From: Syntrophorhabdaceae bacterium
GTDB taxonomy: Bacteria > Desulfobacterota > Syntrophorhabdia > Syntrophorhabdales > Syntrophorhabdaceae
Length of the DNA: 64,000 bases
Direction of reading: 5' to 3'
NCBI GenBank assembly: GCA_963665295.1
Contig: OY762209.1
Location: 2,784,001 to 2,848,000 of the forward strand
Shown here one piece after another: positions 20,152-30,344 of this stretch. Each line of letters starts with the position of its first letter. The stretch's first letter is position 1. The notes under the pieces were generated by a model. It had not been told where the DNA came from. It did not search any database and was given only the letters and a program-made list of their open reading frames with translations. A program made the position numbers and the translations under genes.

Positions 20152-21656
20152 TTGCGCCGCTGTTTCAGCAATCCCGTCGTAATAGCCCCTGCGAGCAGAA
20201 GAAGCATGACGAACACGAAATAGTCGCCGTGACGGACGTAGAATGTGGTCGTGTCCTTGAGGGCGAAGCCGCCGGTCAGAACCGCGGGCTGGAAGATGGC
20301 AGTCTTGCCGCGGACACGCCCCGAAGAGTCTATTATGGCGCTTATTCCCGTATTTGCCGAGCGGAGCACCCACCTGTCAGACTCTATGGCCCTGAATATG
20401 TAAAAGGCGAAGTGTTGATACGGGGCCGAGGTCCGGTCATACCAGGCGTCATTGGTGATGTTGACAAGGACCTGGGCACCTCTTCTCACCTCTTCGTTCG
20501 TAATGCCGGGGAATACGCCTTCATAGCAGATCAGCACGCCTATGTTGCCCATGCCGGTCCGTATGGGCGCAGGCGACTGTCCGGGAAAGAACTCTCCGAT
20601 CTGGACGCTCAGCCTTTCAAGGAAGGGGAGATACGCGCGAAGCGGAGTGTATTCGCCGAAGGGGACGAGATGGGTCTTGCTGTATCCTCCCTCTTCATGG
20701 CCGTGAGGGCCGAGTACATATGCCGAGTTCCTGAATTTGCCCATAGTGTCTCGCGATATGGTGCCGAAAAGGAGGTAGGACCCTGTGAGAGACGGCAGGG
20801 CCCGGATATACCGGCGTACATGTTCCTCCTGGTCGAAGATCAGGGGCATCGCTGTTTCGGGCCACACTACGAGGTTGGAACCCTTCGTCGAGTCCATGGT
20901 GGCCTGATAATAGGTATTGATGATCTTCAATTTGAAGGCTTCGTCCCATTTCATGTCCTGCGTGATATTCCCCTGTACGATAGCGGCCTTCAACGGGCCC
21001 GGTTCCAGGGTACGGAGCTTTATAAATCCATATGTCAGGGAGAGGGCCAGCAATGCGCATATGATGCCTGCATACACGAAAGAGACCCTTTTCCTTTTTA
21101 GGAGCATGAATAACAAACCGTTTACCGCTACTATGAGAAAGGAGATGAAATAAGCGCCTGTAAACGATATGACCTGGATGAAAGGAAGAAAGTTGTATTG
21201 GGAGTGAGAGAGGTAGCTCCACGGAAACCCTGTGAGGAGTGTGCCCCGCAGATATTCGACCAACACCCAGACAGGGGGCGCCGTGATGTAGAAAGGAAGG
21301 GAAAACCTCTTTTCGCAATACGAGACTACAAGGGTGAAACACCCCGTATAGACGGCCATATAGACGACGAGGAGCATAAGTATGAGGAAACTGAGATATA
21401 TGTTGATGCCCCCGTATTTATGCACCGCCACGATGACCCAGTAAAGAAGTCCCAGGAACGAAACGACCCCTGTCACCCATCCCCTGAAGAAGCTTTCCCG
21501 GAGCCCCGCCTTTTCCAGGGAGTAGAAAAGGGGGATGAAGGCAAAGAAGGCAAGAAAAGAGAGGGATACGGGCGGCTGGATAAGGACGAGCAGGACGCCG
21601 GAAAGGATGGCCGGGCTAAAGGGTGATTTCTTTATAGATTGGATGGGATCTGACAT
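20142..21656 (-). CDS. lnt: Apolipoprotein N-acyltransferase
   Basis: TGFPW, WPETA, KTHLVPFGEY, ICYE, NITNDAWY, RSANTGIS. Confidence 0.96.
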   Translation of the reverse strand: MSDPIQSIKKSPFSPAILSGVLLVLIQPPVSLSFLAFFAFIPLFYSLEKAGLRESFFRGWVTGVVSFLGLLYWVIVAVHKYGGINIYLSFLILMLLVVYMAVYTGCFTLVVSYCEKRFSLPFYITAPPVWVLVEYLRGTLLTGFPWSYLSHSQYNFLPFIQVISFTGAYFISFLIVAVNGLLFMLLKRKRVSFVYAGIICALLALSLTYGFIKLRTLEPGPLKAAIVQGNITQDMKWDEAFKLKIINTYYQATMDSTKGSNLVVWPETAMPLIFDQEEHVRRYIRALPSLTGSYLLFGTISRDTMGKFRNSAYVLGPHGHEEGGYSKTHLVPFGEYTPLRAYLPFLERLSVQIGEFFPGQSPAPIRTGMGNIGVLICYEGVFPGITNEEVRRGAQVLVNITNDAWYDRTSAPYQHFAFYIFRAIESDRWVLRSANTGISAIIDSSGRVRGKTAIFQPAVLTGGFALKDTTTFYVRHGDYFVFVMLLLLAGAITTGLLKQRRNQR

Positions 21657-22110
21657 AACCGAGGAGCTTCTTTTCCCTGTACCTCATCCTCCTGCTTTCA
21701 TTACCGCCAAGTTCATGGTCGAAACCGAGTATGTGAAGCAAGCCATGGATAATCAGGGCGAACACCCTCTCGTAGAATGGGATGTCCGCGGATTCGGCCT
21801 CTTCCCGGGCTCTCTCGAGAGAGATTACAATATCACCAATCATTTCACAAGGAAATTCCTGCCTTCCCGCAGACTGGGCGGCGCCTTCTTCGGGTTCGGG
21901 CTCAAGGTACGAGAAGGATATGACATTTGTAGGCCAATCCCTGTCGAAGAACTTCTTGTTCAGCTTCCGTATCTGCCTGTTGTCCACAAAGAGGATGCTG
22001 ACGTCCCTACCCGGTAGCTTTAAAGACGTGAGCAGGTTTTCCGTTATCTTTCGTATTCGCCTTTTGTCCACCTTCAACGATTTTTGGGAATCTTTTATCA
22101 GAGCTGTCAT
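21616..22110 (-). CDS. ybeY: rRNA maturation endoribonuclease
   Basis: PTNVISF, GDIVIS, HGLLHILGFDH. Confidence 0.95.
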   Translation of the reverse strand: MTALIKDSQKSLKVDKRRIRKITENLLTSLKLPGRDVSILFVDNRQIRKLNKKFFDRDWPTNVISFSYLEPEPEEGAAQSAGRQEFPCEMIGDIVISLERAREEAESADIPFYERVFALIIHGLLHILGFDHELGGNESRRMRYREKKLLGYVRSHPIYKEITL

Positions 22111-23722
22111 GGGTTATCCTTTCAGGGTATTGTATCCTGTGGTGGAATGTGCCTATCAGGATCGCGATGAAACTTTTCCGTATGGCATGAAGGTCCTTGA
22201 GGGTGAGTTCACATTCGTCGAGTTGTCCGTCAAGGAAGATGCGCTCTATGATGTTCTGCACGTGGGTCTCAATCCGTTTCGGCGTGGGCTCGTCGAGTAT
22301 TCTTGAGGCTGCCTCCACCGCGTCGGCAAGCATCAATATACCTGCTTCCTTCGTCTGAGGTTTCGGTCCTGCGTACCGGAACTCCTTTTCATCCACGAGG
22401 AAAAGCTTCGGGTCTTCCAGTTCCTTTGCCCTGTTGAAAAAATAACTGACAAGGCTTGTCCCGTGGTGCTGTTGTATCATGTCGGTGATCTTTTGCCCGA
22501 GTTTGTGTCTTTCCGCAAGCTCCATTCCTTCTTTCACGTGGGAGAGGATGATGAGGGCGCTCATATGGGGGGTAAGGGATTTGTGGGCGTCTTCAAAATC
22601 GGTCCTGTTTTCGATGAAATAATGGGGCATCTTGAGTTTCCCTATGTCGTGGTAGTACGCGGACACCCGTGTGAGGAGAGGGTGGGCCCCGATACTCTCC
22701 GCAGCCGCCTTGCCGAGGTTGCCCACGATAATGCTGTGGTGATATGTGCCCGGAGCTTCGAGCATCATGGCTTCAAGGAGAGGGTGCTCCAGGTTCGCGA
22801 GTTCGAGGAGTTTTATGTCCGTCGTGTAGCCAAAGAGATATTCTATGACGGGGAGGAGCCCGAGGGCGATGAAGCTGCTGCCTATGCCGGAGAGGAGAAT
22901 GAGGGCTATCTTGGCCGGGATATTGCCTGAAGGTTCGCCGAGCAGCACATGGTAGAGGACCATTATGAAACCCATGAAGAAGGCGGTGAAGATTCCTGCT
23001 TTGAGTATGGTATTCCTGTCCTCGCATTTGCCGGAGAAATGAGAGGCGAGGATATTCGCGAGAAAGGTATAGAGAAATACCTGCAGGCTGTTCTGGAAGG
23101 CAAACCCCATGGCGATGCCGAAAACAAGGGAGAAGGTGATCGCTGCCTCCGAAAAGAGAACGACCCGCATAATGATCCCGAACAGAAAGATAGGCACCAC
23201 GTAAAAGAGGTCCGCAATGTTATCCCGGGCAAAGTGACCGAAAATAAGGAAAGAACTCTTTACGAAGGCGACGGTGAACACGGTGAGGACAGCGCCGAAA
23301 ATAAGGTCTTTTCGGGACAGGGAGAATTTTTTGATATTCTTCTCTCCGTACTGGTAAATCACCGTTATGGACAAAAAGAGGATCGCGAAGATGGAAAGGA
23401 ACTTCCGTATATCGAGGGCCTCCCCTTTTTCGATCTGTTTCAGGACGGAAAGTATCCGCAGTTGGGAGTCGCTTATCCGTTCCCCCTCCCTCACGATGAT
23501 TTCCCCCTTCTTGATTACCGTGTCGGTGCCGGGGACACGGAACTGCTGGGGAGATTTTACATTTTCTCTTGCAATGTCGCCATCCTGGTACTCGGTGATG
23601 ACGAAGGGATACGTGACGTGGATGATCAGAGTGAGAGACAAGGCAAAGAGCAGGAGAATCAGCACCCTCTTCCAGTCGGGATACGACGGAGGTTTGTCCT
23701 TCTTGTCCTTAACGCCCTGCAT
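22007..23722 (-). CDS. 7TM-HD membrane phosphohydrolase (PgpH-like)
   Basis: Multiple TM helices, APGTYHHS, YYHDIGK, QHHGT, MLADAVEA; phoH-ybeY context. Confidence 0.9.
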   Translation of the reverse strand: MQGVKDKKDKPPSYPDWKRVLILLLFALSLTLIIHVTYPFVITEYQDGDIARENVKSPQQFRVPGTDTVIKKGEIIVREGERISDSQLRILSVLKQIEKGEALDIRKFLSIFAILFLSITVIYQYGEKNIKKFSLSRKDLIFGAVLTVFTVAFVKSSFLIFGHFARDNIADLFYVVPIFLFGIIMRVVLFSEAAITFSLVFGIAMGFAFQNSLQVFLYTFLANILASHFSGKCEDRNTILKAGIFTAFFMGFIMVLYHVLLGEPSGNIPAKIALILLSGIGSSFIALGLLPVIEYLFGYTTDIKLLELANLEHPLLEAMMLEAPGTYHHSIIVGNLGKAAAESIGAHPLLTRVSAYYHDIGKLKMPHYFIENRTDFEDAHKSLTPHMSALIILSHVKEGMELAERHKLGQKITDMIQQHHGTSLVSYFFNRAKELEDPKLFLVDEKEFRYAGPKPQTKEAGILMLADAVEAASRILDEPTPKRIETHVQNIIERIFLDGQLDECELTLKDLHAIRKSFIAILIGTFHHRIQYPERITHDSSDKRFPKIVEGGQKANTKDNGKPAHVFKATG

Positions 23723-24707
23723 TTTTCTTTTCCCCCTCAGTCTGCGCCTTCTTCTCGTAGGCCTTGATAATCTTTTGAACGAGGGGATGTCTGACTATGT
23801 CCGTCCCCGTAAAATTGACGAACTTGATGCCCTTTATCCCTTTGAGGACAGTCTGAATCTCTACGAGGCCGCTCGATCTCTTGTCGGGGAGGTCGATCTG
23901 GGTGACATCGCCCGTAATAACCGTGCGTGACGAGAAACCGAGCCTGGTAAGGAACATCTTCATCTGCTCCGACGCGGTGTTCTGGGCTTCGTCCAATATG
24001 ACGAATGCGTCGTTCAAGGTCCTGCCGCGCATAAAGGCCAGGGGTGCTATCTCGATAACGCCTTTCTCCAGCAGGCGGGAGGCCCTTTCCATATCGACCA
24101 TGTCGTAGAGCGCGTCATAGAGCGGTCTCAGGTAAGGGTTTACCTTGTCATAGAGGGTCCCGGGCAGGTAGCCCAGCTTCTCTCCTGCCTCGATGGCGGG
24201 CCTTGTGAGGATGATTCGCGATACCTCTTTCCTGTAATATGATGAGAGGGCCATGGCCATGGCAAGGTATGTCTTGCCGGTCCCCGCAGGGCCGATGCCG
24301 ATTACCATGTCATGGGTCCTGATGGCCTCCAGGTATGCTTTCTGGTTGCTTGTCTTCGGGGTTATCAGCTTTTTGGAGGGAAATATATAGACCTGGTCCT
24401 TGTAAAGCTCATCTGCGGCGCCGTGGGTGTGGGCGATATAACGCACGGCATGGTCTATATCGGCGGGATTCACGATAAAGCCCTTTTTGATGATGCCCTG
24501 GAGTTCGCCGATAACCTTGTTCGTATTTTCGACTTCCTTCTTCTCTCCGATTATGGTGAGGTGGTTCCCTCTTATGCTTGTCTTGACATTGAAGTACTTC
24601 TTCAGATACTTAATGTTTTCGTCCCGGGGACCAAATAGGTTGCGTGCTACGTTTGTATCATCAAAGGACAGTTTGATGAGCCCTTCTTCATTCCTTCTTT
24701 CTTCCAA
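23709..24707 (-). CDS. phoH: PhoH family ATPase (PhoH/YbeZ)
   Basis: GPAGTGKTYLA, RPAIEAGEKLGYLPG, MRGRTL, LDEAQN. Confidence 0.95.
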   Translation of the reverse strand: MEERRNEEGLIKLSFDDTNVARNLFGPRDENIKYLKKYFNVKTSIRGNHLTIIGEKKEVENTNKVIGELQGIIKKGFIVNPADIDHAVRYIAHTHGAADELYKDQVYIFPSKKLITPKTSNQKAYLEAIRTHDMVIGIGPAGTGKTYLAMAMALSSYYRKEVSRIILTRPAIEAGEKLGYLPGTLYDKVNPYLRPLYDALYDMVDMERASRLLEKGVIEIAPLAFMRGRTLNDAFVILDEAQNTASEQMKMFLTRLGFSSRTVITGDVTQIDLPDKRSSGLVEIQTVLKGIKGIKFVNFTGTDIVRHPLVQKIIKAYEKKAQTEGEKKNAGR

Positions 24708-24856
24708 TAAAAGCCTTGCCGACCTCCTTAGGGGGGATTTTCATTCTGGTAGGATATTATATCATAATATTCAGTTTTGCAAGGGTTATCCCATAGCGTG
24801 GCCCTGGCGCGGGAAACGATTGTAAAACCAAATTATTTCAAGTAGACTATTAACAC

Positions 24857-26101
24857 ATGCGTAAAGTCCTTATCATAGACGATGAAAAGAACATACTCGA
24901 AAGCCTTTCCTCGATCCTCGGTGACGAAGGTTTTCAGGTACTGAAGGCGATCGACGGCCACGAGGGGCTTTCCATATTCGAAAAGGAGAAGCCCGGAGTG
25001 GTGCTTCTCGATATATGGATGCCCGAGATGGACGGACTGCAGGTGTTGAAGTTGATCCGCGAGAAGGACAAAGACGCCGTCGTGATCGTAATGTCGGGAC
25101 ATGGGACCATCTCCACGGCGGTTGAGGCGGTAAAGATGGGCGCCTATGATTTCCTCGAAAAACCTCTTTCCATAGACAAGGTGCTGGAAGTGATAGTGAG
25201 AAGCCTGGCCGGGGAAGCCCAGGAGAAGGGCCCGGTGGAGGATGTGAAAATCCAGATATCGAAGGGTGACAATATCCGCACTCAAAAGACCATAGGTAAG
25301 AGCATCGTCGTCTATGGCATGGGTCTCTTTTCCGGGGTAAAGACGGGTATGATACTGCTTCCCATGCCTGAAGACTCAGGCATCGTCTTTGAACATATCC
25401 CCGATGGCGAGCGTATTCCTGCCTATATCGATTACGTGTACTCCGTGGGCTACTCTTCATCCGTTAAAGGGAAGACCTGCATCGTGAGGACGATCGAGCA
25501 TCTGCTCGCCACGTTCCACATGTACGGTATTACCAATCTTCTCGTAAAGGTGAGCGAGGAGATACCCATTTTCGATGGTTCCGCAATAGAGATATGCAGC
25601 AAGATAGAGGAAGCGGGTGTGGTGGAGCAAAAAGAGGGGGTTGAACCTTTGAGGATTCGGGAAAAGGTGGTCCTCTCAAGCCTGAACGACTCCCAATACC
25701 TCTTTATAGAACCCTCCGACGTGTTCGAGATAGATTACGTCCTGGAACACCCGAAGCCGGTAGGCAGCCAGAGATACCATTTCAAGGGCGGCAAGGCCGC
25801 GTTCCTGAAGGAGGTTGCTCCTGCGAGAACCTTCGGTTCCATCAGGGATTTCGAGCGTCTTGCGAAAATAGGGCAGGGCGGCAGGATCGACAACGTGATG
25901 ACCAATGTGATAATCCTGAGCGATGAAGGAGTGGTAAACACCACGCTACGGTTTCCGGATGAGTTTGTCCGGCACAAGATACTTGATATCATCGGAGACA
26001 CATACCTCCTCAACCGGCCCATTATCGGAAAGATATCGGCCAGGCAGACCGGGCACATCGAAAATATCGCCCTCATGAAGGAACTCAAGAAGCGCTTCTA
26101 G
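24857..26101 (+). CDS. lpxC: Receiver domain fused to UDP-3-O-acyl-GlcNAc deacetylase (REC-LpxC)
   Basis: N-terminal REC (IDDE, LLDIWMP, MSGHG, LEKP); LpxC motifs QKTI, TIEHLL, EIPIFDGSA, APARTFG, DEFVRHKILDIIGD, GHIEN. Confidence 0.92.
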   Translation: MRKVLIIDDEKNILESLSSILGDEGFQVLKAIDGHEGLSIFEKEKPGVVLLDIWMPEMDGLQVLKLIREKDKDAVVIVMSGHGTISTAVEAVKMGAYDFLEKPLSIDKVLEVIVRSLAGEAQEKGPVEDVKIQISKGDNIRTQKTIGKSIVVYGMGLFSGVKTGMILLPMPEDSGIVFEHIPDGERIPAYIDYVYSVGYSSSVKGKTCIVRTIEHLLATFHMYGITNLLVKVSEEIPIFDGSAIEICSKIEEAGVVEQKEGVEPLRIREKVVLSSLNDSQYLFIEPSDVFEIDYVLEHPKPVGSQRYHFKGGKAAFLKEVAPARTFGSIRDFERLAKIGQGGRIDNVMTNVIILSDEGVVNTTLRFPDEFVRHKILDIIGDTYLLNRPIIGKISARQTGHIENIALMKELKKRF

Positions 26102-26113
26102 AAAAGTGGTATA

Positions 26114-26662
26114 TTATGTTCCGGTGTTCTGTTTCTTCGAGAAATAGTGGTGGAACGCGACAATTACGAGGGCATGGTTTATGATGCCCTTGCCGATGAG
26201 GGACATTACCTCGGAAACAGGCAAAAGCTCGACCTCTATATCTTCGTCAGGGTCAAGGTCAATATCGGAAACCTTCTTCACACCTTCCACAAGGTACGTG
26301 TAGCAAGTGTTGTTGAAGATAGCGGGGTTCGGGTTTGTCGACCCGAGGAAGGTGACCTTTTCTCCCCGATAACCCGTTTCTTCGAGAAGTTCGCGCACCG
26401 CGGCGTCCTCGGGGCTCGCTTCCTCCACGAGGCCCCCGGGTATTTCGAGGGTGAGTTCCTTCGACCCGTGCCGCCACTGGCGGATCATGACAATCTCCCC
26501 GTTATCCGTAACGGGGATTACGTTGACCCAGTCGTTGGTGTCTATCACGTAGAAGCGGCCTTCCTTGCTGGTCCTCGGTGACAGAGACCGTTCGCTCTTT
26601 ATCCGGAATATCCTGTAGTCCCGGTCTATCTCAGACTCTATCAGTTCCCATTCTCTCAGCAT
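26114..26662 (-). CDS. NUDIX hydrolase (ADP-ribose pyrophosphatase-like)
   Basis: Nudix box EIPGG..AAVRELLEETGY; RQWRH. Confidence 0.9.
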   Translation of the reverse strand: MLREWELIESEIDRDYRIFRIKSERSLSPRTSKEGRFYVIDTNDWVNVIPVTDNGEIVMIRQWRHGSKELTLEIPGGLVEEASPEDAAVRELLEETGYRGEKVTFLGSTNPNPAIFNNTCYTYLVEGVKKVSDIDLDPDEDIEVELLPVSEVMSLIGKGIINHALVIVAFHHYFSKKQNTGT

Positions 26663-26730
26663 GGCGTGTCCGTGAAGAAAGTACCACAGGATGTCCCGTG
26701 TTTTCAACAGGCCCGTTCTGAAATTTGCGG

Positions 26731-29406
26731 TTATTTCAGGGCCAGCCGCACCTGGGTTGTCTCTCCGTCCTCTTCGCGTTCCATGGTGAACCCCAATTTG
26801 AGGACTATTCGAAGCATCTTGTCGTTTTCCGAGAGCACGGTCCCGTGGATTCCCTCAAGACCCTGGTCCTGGGCCACCCCTATGAGCACGTCCACCAGTT
26901 TGTAACCGAGCCCTTTCCCTTGAAAATTATCATGGACGAGGACGGCGTACTCGGCCTCCCGAAAATCAGGATCGACGATAAGCCTTCCGATGGCCACGAT
27001 CCTTTTCTGCTCGCCTTCCCGGACCTCCGCCACAATAGCCATCTCCCTCTCGTAGTCTATGTTGCAGAACCGGACAAGCATTTCGTGAGAGATATCGCTT
27101 ATCATGGAGAAGAATCTGGTACGCATCGTCTCCGGTTTGAGGGTGGCGAGCATCTCATGCTCCAGGTGTTCATCCTCGGGCTTGATGGGGCGCAGGGTCA
27201 TCTGAGTCCCATCGGGTAATTCGTAGGTCGTTACATACCGGGTAGGGTAGGGCGTTATTACGAGATGGGGGTATGGGGATTCATAGTCCATGGACTCCCT
27301 GTCGATCACTATCCTCGCATCGAGTGAGTACACCCCGCCTTTTGATATGGCAATGGGGTTTATGTCCATTTCCGCGATTTCCGGAAAGTCCACTATGAGG
27401 TTGGAAAAACTTACCAATATCTGTTCAAGCCGTTTCATGTCGGCAGGCGGTCTCCCTCTGAAGCCCTTAAGCATCTTGTATACTTCGGTTTCCTCCATCA
27501 GCCTTCGCGCAAGGGTCTGGTTGAGCGGCGGGAGACCTATGGCCACGTCCTTAAAGACCTCCGTTCCTATGCCGCCCATGCCGAAGAGGATCACCGTTCC
27601 GAAATCCTTATCCTTTTTCGCGCCGAGGATGACTTCGTAGTCTATCTTCGGAATCATCTTCTGGACGGATATCCCTTTTATCGAGGCTTCCGGCGCGTTC
27701 AACTCCACGCTGGTCAGCAGGTGGGCATATTCAGACTTCAGTTGGGCATCCGATTCTATCCCGACCTTCACTCCCCCCACATCACTCTTATGAGATATGT
27801 CGTGGGAAACCACCTTGAGGACCACGGGGTACCCTATTCTTCTCGCCGCAGCCAGCGCGGTTTCCACATCCCGGACCATGTACGGATCGGTTCTCGGTAT
27901 GTCGTAGTTTACCAGAAAATCCTTCGATTCCCCCTCGGTCAGAAGGGTCCTCCCTTCCCTTGCGATTCGCCGGAGAAGAACTTTCAGATGGTTCTTCGAT
28001 GGCGCCTGTTTCACGGTAAGCTCCGTGGGTGTTTCGTAAAGGAGGGTAAGGTTCCTATGGTACCGGTACATGTAGAAGTACGTTTTTACCGCGTCTTCCG
28101 GGGTGTCGTAGGTGGGAATGCTGTTTTGAAGGAACAGGTCTCTCGCTTTCTGCACCGTTTCTCCACCCACGAAGGCGGTGATTACGGGCTTCCGGCAGGT
28201 ACGGGCTATTTCCACGATAGACCCGGCAAGGGTCTCGGCATTGAGGATGGCCTGAGGTCCGTAGATCGCGAGAAGCCCATCAACCTCACGGTCGCGAAGA
28301 CATATCTTGATAGCCGATGCATAGCGTTCGCTGTCCGCGTCTCCCAACACGTCCACGGGGTTTCCCTTGCTCCAGAAGGGTGGAAGAATGGCGTTCAACT
28401 CGCCGATGGTTTCATCGGAAAGCTTTGAAAGCTCTCCATGGAGGTCCATCACCGTATCGGTAGCCATGACGCCGAAACCTCCGGCGTTGGTGACAATGGC
28501 CAGCTTGCGTCCTTTGGGGAGATAATTCGAGTCGAGAACCGAGGCGGCATTGAAGAGATCGGAGAATTCCCTGACACGGATTACACCCGCCCGTTTAAAC
28601 GCGGCGTCATAAACCTGATCGTCGCCCGCCAGGGCGCCCGTGTGGGAAAGGGCCGCCTTTGCGCTCTCCGGAAATCTGCCCGGTTTTACGATAACTATGG
28701 GTTTGGTTCTTGCAAAGCCCCGGGCGGCGCTCATAAACTTTTTTGCATTTCCCACCCCTTCCATGTAGAGCATGATGCTCCTCGTATAACGGTCGCTTCC
28801 GAGGAAGTCGATGAGATCACCGAAATCCATATCGATCATCGACCCGAGGGAGGCGAACATGCTGAAGCCCACGTGGGCCTTTATGGCCCAGTCTAGTATG
28901 GCCCCTCCAAGGGCGCCGCTCTGCGAGATAAATGCGATATTTCCCGGGTCCGGGTTGGCCTTGAGGAAGGACGCGTTCAACCCCGTGTGGGGTCGTATCA
29001 CGCCTATGCAGTTTGGCCCCACAACCCGGATCCCGTATTCCTTTCTTACCGCGAGTATTTTCTCTTCGAGAAGCAGGCCCTCTTTCCCCACCTCCTTGAA
29101 GCCCGACGAGACAATGACGGCCCCTTGTACATCGGCCCGGGCGCATTCCTCGACAAGTTCAGGCACGGTGTTCGCGGGAGTGGCAATAACCGCGAGGTCA
29201 ATGGGTTCCGATATGTCCGCCACACCGGGGTAGCACCTGAGCCCCATAATGCTCTCCTTGCCGGGGTTCACAGGGAATATCCTTCGCTTCCCCGGGGCCG
29301 TAAGGTTTTCGAGGATTGCCCGCCCTACGGACCCTTCCTCCTCGCTCGCGCCGATGAGGGCCACGGTAGCCGGATTGAACATGGCGTTGATGCTGTGTGA
29401 TTTCAT
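26731..29406 (-). CDS. Acetate-CoA ligase-like + GNAT protein lysine acetyltransferase (Pat/PatZ type)
   Basis: GPNCIG, SQSGALG, SHTGALAG, HKSDVGGV, C-terminal GNAT (FQGKGLG); GGAGA RBS. Confidence 0.92.
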   Translation of the reverse strand: MKSHSINAMFNPATVALIGASEEEGSVGRAILENLTAPGKRRIFPVNPGKESIMGLRCYPGVADISEPIDLAVIATPANTVPELVEECARADVQGAVIVSSGFKEVGKEGLLLEEKILAVRKEYGIRVVGPNCIGVIRPHTGLNASFLKANPDPGNIAFISQSGALGGAILDWAIKAHVGFSMFASLGSMIDMDFGDLIDFLGSDRYTRSIMLYMEGVGNAKKFMSAARGFARTKPIVIVKPGRFPESAKAALSHTGALAGDDQVYDAAFKRAGVIRVREFSDLFNAASVLDSNYLPKGRKLAIVTNAGGFGVMATDTVMDLHGELSKLSDETIGELNAILPPFWSKGNPVDVLGDADSERYASAIKICLRDREVDGLLAIYGPQAILNAETLAGSIVEIARTCRKPVITAFVGGETVQKARDLFLQNSIPTYDTPEDAVKTYFYMYRYHRNLTLLYETPTELTVKQAPSKNHLKVLLRRIAREGRTLLTEGESKDFLVNYDIPRTDPYMVRDVETALAAARRIGYPVVLKVVSHDISHKSDVGGVKVGIESDAQLKSEYAHLLTSVELNAPEASIKGISVQKMIPKIDYEVILGAKKDKDFGTVILFGMGGIGTEVFKDVAIGLPPLNQTLARRLMEETEVYKMLKGFRGRPPADMKRLEQILVSFSNLIVDFPEIAEMDINPIAISKGGVYSLDARIVIDRESMDYESPYPHLVITPYPTRYVTTYELPDGTQMTLRPIKPEDEHLEHEMLATLKPETMRTRFFSMISDISHEMLVRFCNIDYEREMAIVAEVREGEQKRIVAIGRLIVDPDFREAEYAVLVHDNFQGKGLGYKLVDVLIGVAQDQGLEGIHGTVLSENDKMLRIVLKLGFTMEREEDGETTQVRLALK

Positions 29407-29697
29407 CTCATTTATTCTCCTCTTCCCACTTCCCTCAAAACCCCGGGGACAGGGCCGGCGGCATGGACGCAACAAGGCGACCCCTCCCGAACAGGTTATT
29501 TGCCGTTAAGTGCGTTGAATTTCATGACGCCCATCTCATGGCCCGCCGTGCGCGACGGGTACAGGCAGGATGTCTACAGCTCGAATGGAAAAGATGGGCC
29601 ATGGGACGCCCGTGCCGGTGTTCATCGTCATTATCTCCGCCCGAATAATTCCGATGCCGATAGGGAAACTGTATGCCGGGATTATGCTGTTTCCCGG

Positions 29698-30036
29698 TCA
29701 GCAGGAAACCATGATCTCTCCGCAACAGACCAGGTCGCACTCACCGGAGCAGGAACAGATCCTTTCCACTACTACAGCCATTCCGCACGACGGACACTCG
29801 AAACGGGCGCCTGCTGCGGTCACGGGTTTTCCGGGGGCTCTTTTCTTGGCTGGGGCAGCCTTCTTTGCGGGCGCCGCTTCTACCGCGGCCGTCCTGCCGG
29901 GGGCAGCCGCCCTTTTCCGGGCGGGCGCGGGCGCACTCTTCCCGGCGGCAACGGTTGCTTTCTTCTGCGGTTCCCTTTTTGACGCGGCTTCAGCTTTGAC
30001 GGTCTTTTCTTTACCTTCCGCCTTCTTCATCGCCAT
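29698..30036 (-). CDS. Lys/Ala/Pro-rich small protein with C-terminal Cys-rich (desulforedoxin-like) motif
   Basis: APAKK repeats; FECPSCGMAVVV..CSC..CDLVCCGEIM. Confidence 0.7.
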   Translation of the reverse strand: MAMKKAEGKEKTVKAEAASKREPQKKATVAAGKSAPAPARKRAAAPGRTAAVEAAPAKKAAPAKKRAPGKPVTAAGARFECPSCGMAVVVERICSCSGECDLVCCGEIMVSC

Positions 30037-30344
30037 GTGTTACCCCCTTTTTGTTTTTTTTGTTTTTGCCGCTTCTATAGTTTAATTCTACAGCAGATGC
30101 ATAATCTGTCAAGGTCATTTTACCTAATAGTATCAGGTAATTCCGTGGACCATCGACGGGTGGCCGGCTACCGGGCGCCCACCGCCTTCGTAGGGCGTCC
30201 GATACTGTCTCCCGGGGGCCGGACTCCTGTAATAGATTGACAAGACCTCCGGAAAAGTAATAATTTTAGGTTGATCCGGGATCGAACGAGGCTCAAGGGC
30301 GGACGAAGGCCCGGAAATAAGGGAGAATCAGGGAATAGGCCGAA

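Noticed and set aside
29670..29703. Cys-TGA followed by a hairpin as possible selenocysteine/SECIS
   Set aside because: Short 6-bp stem, and the read-through peptide is unrecognisable; more likely a normal stop
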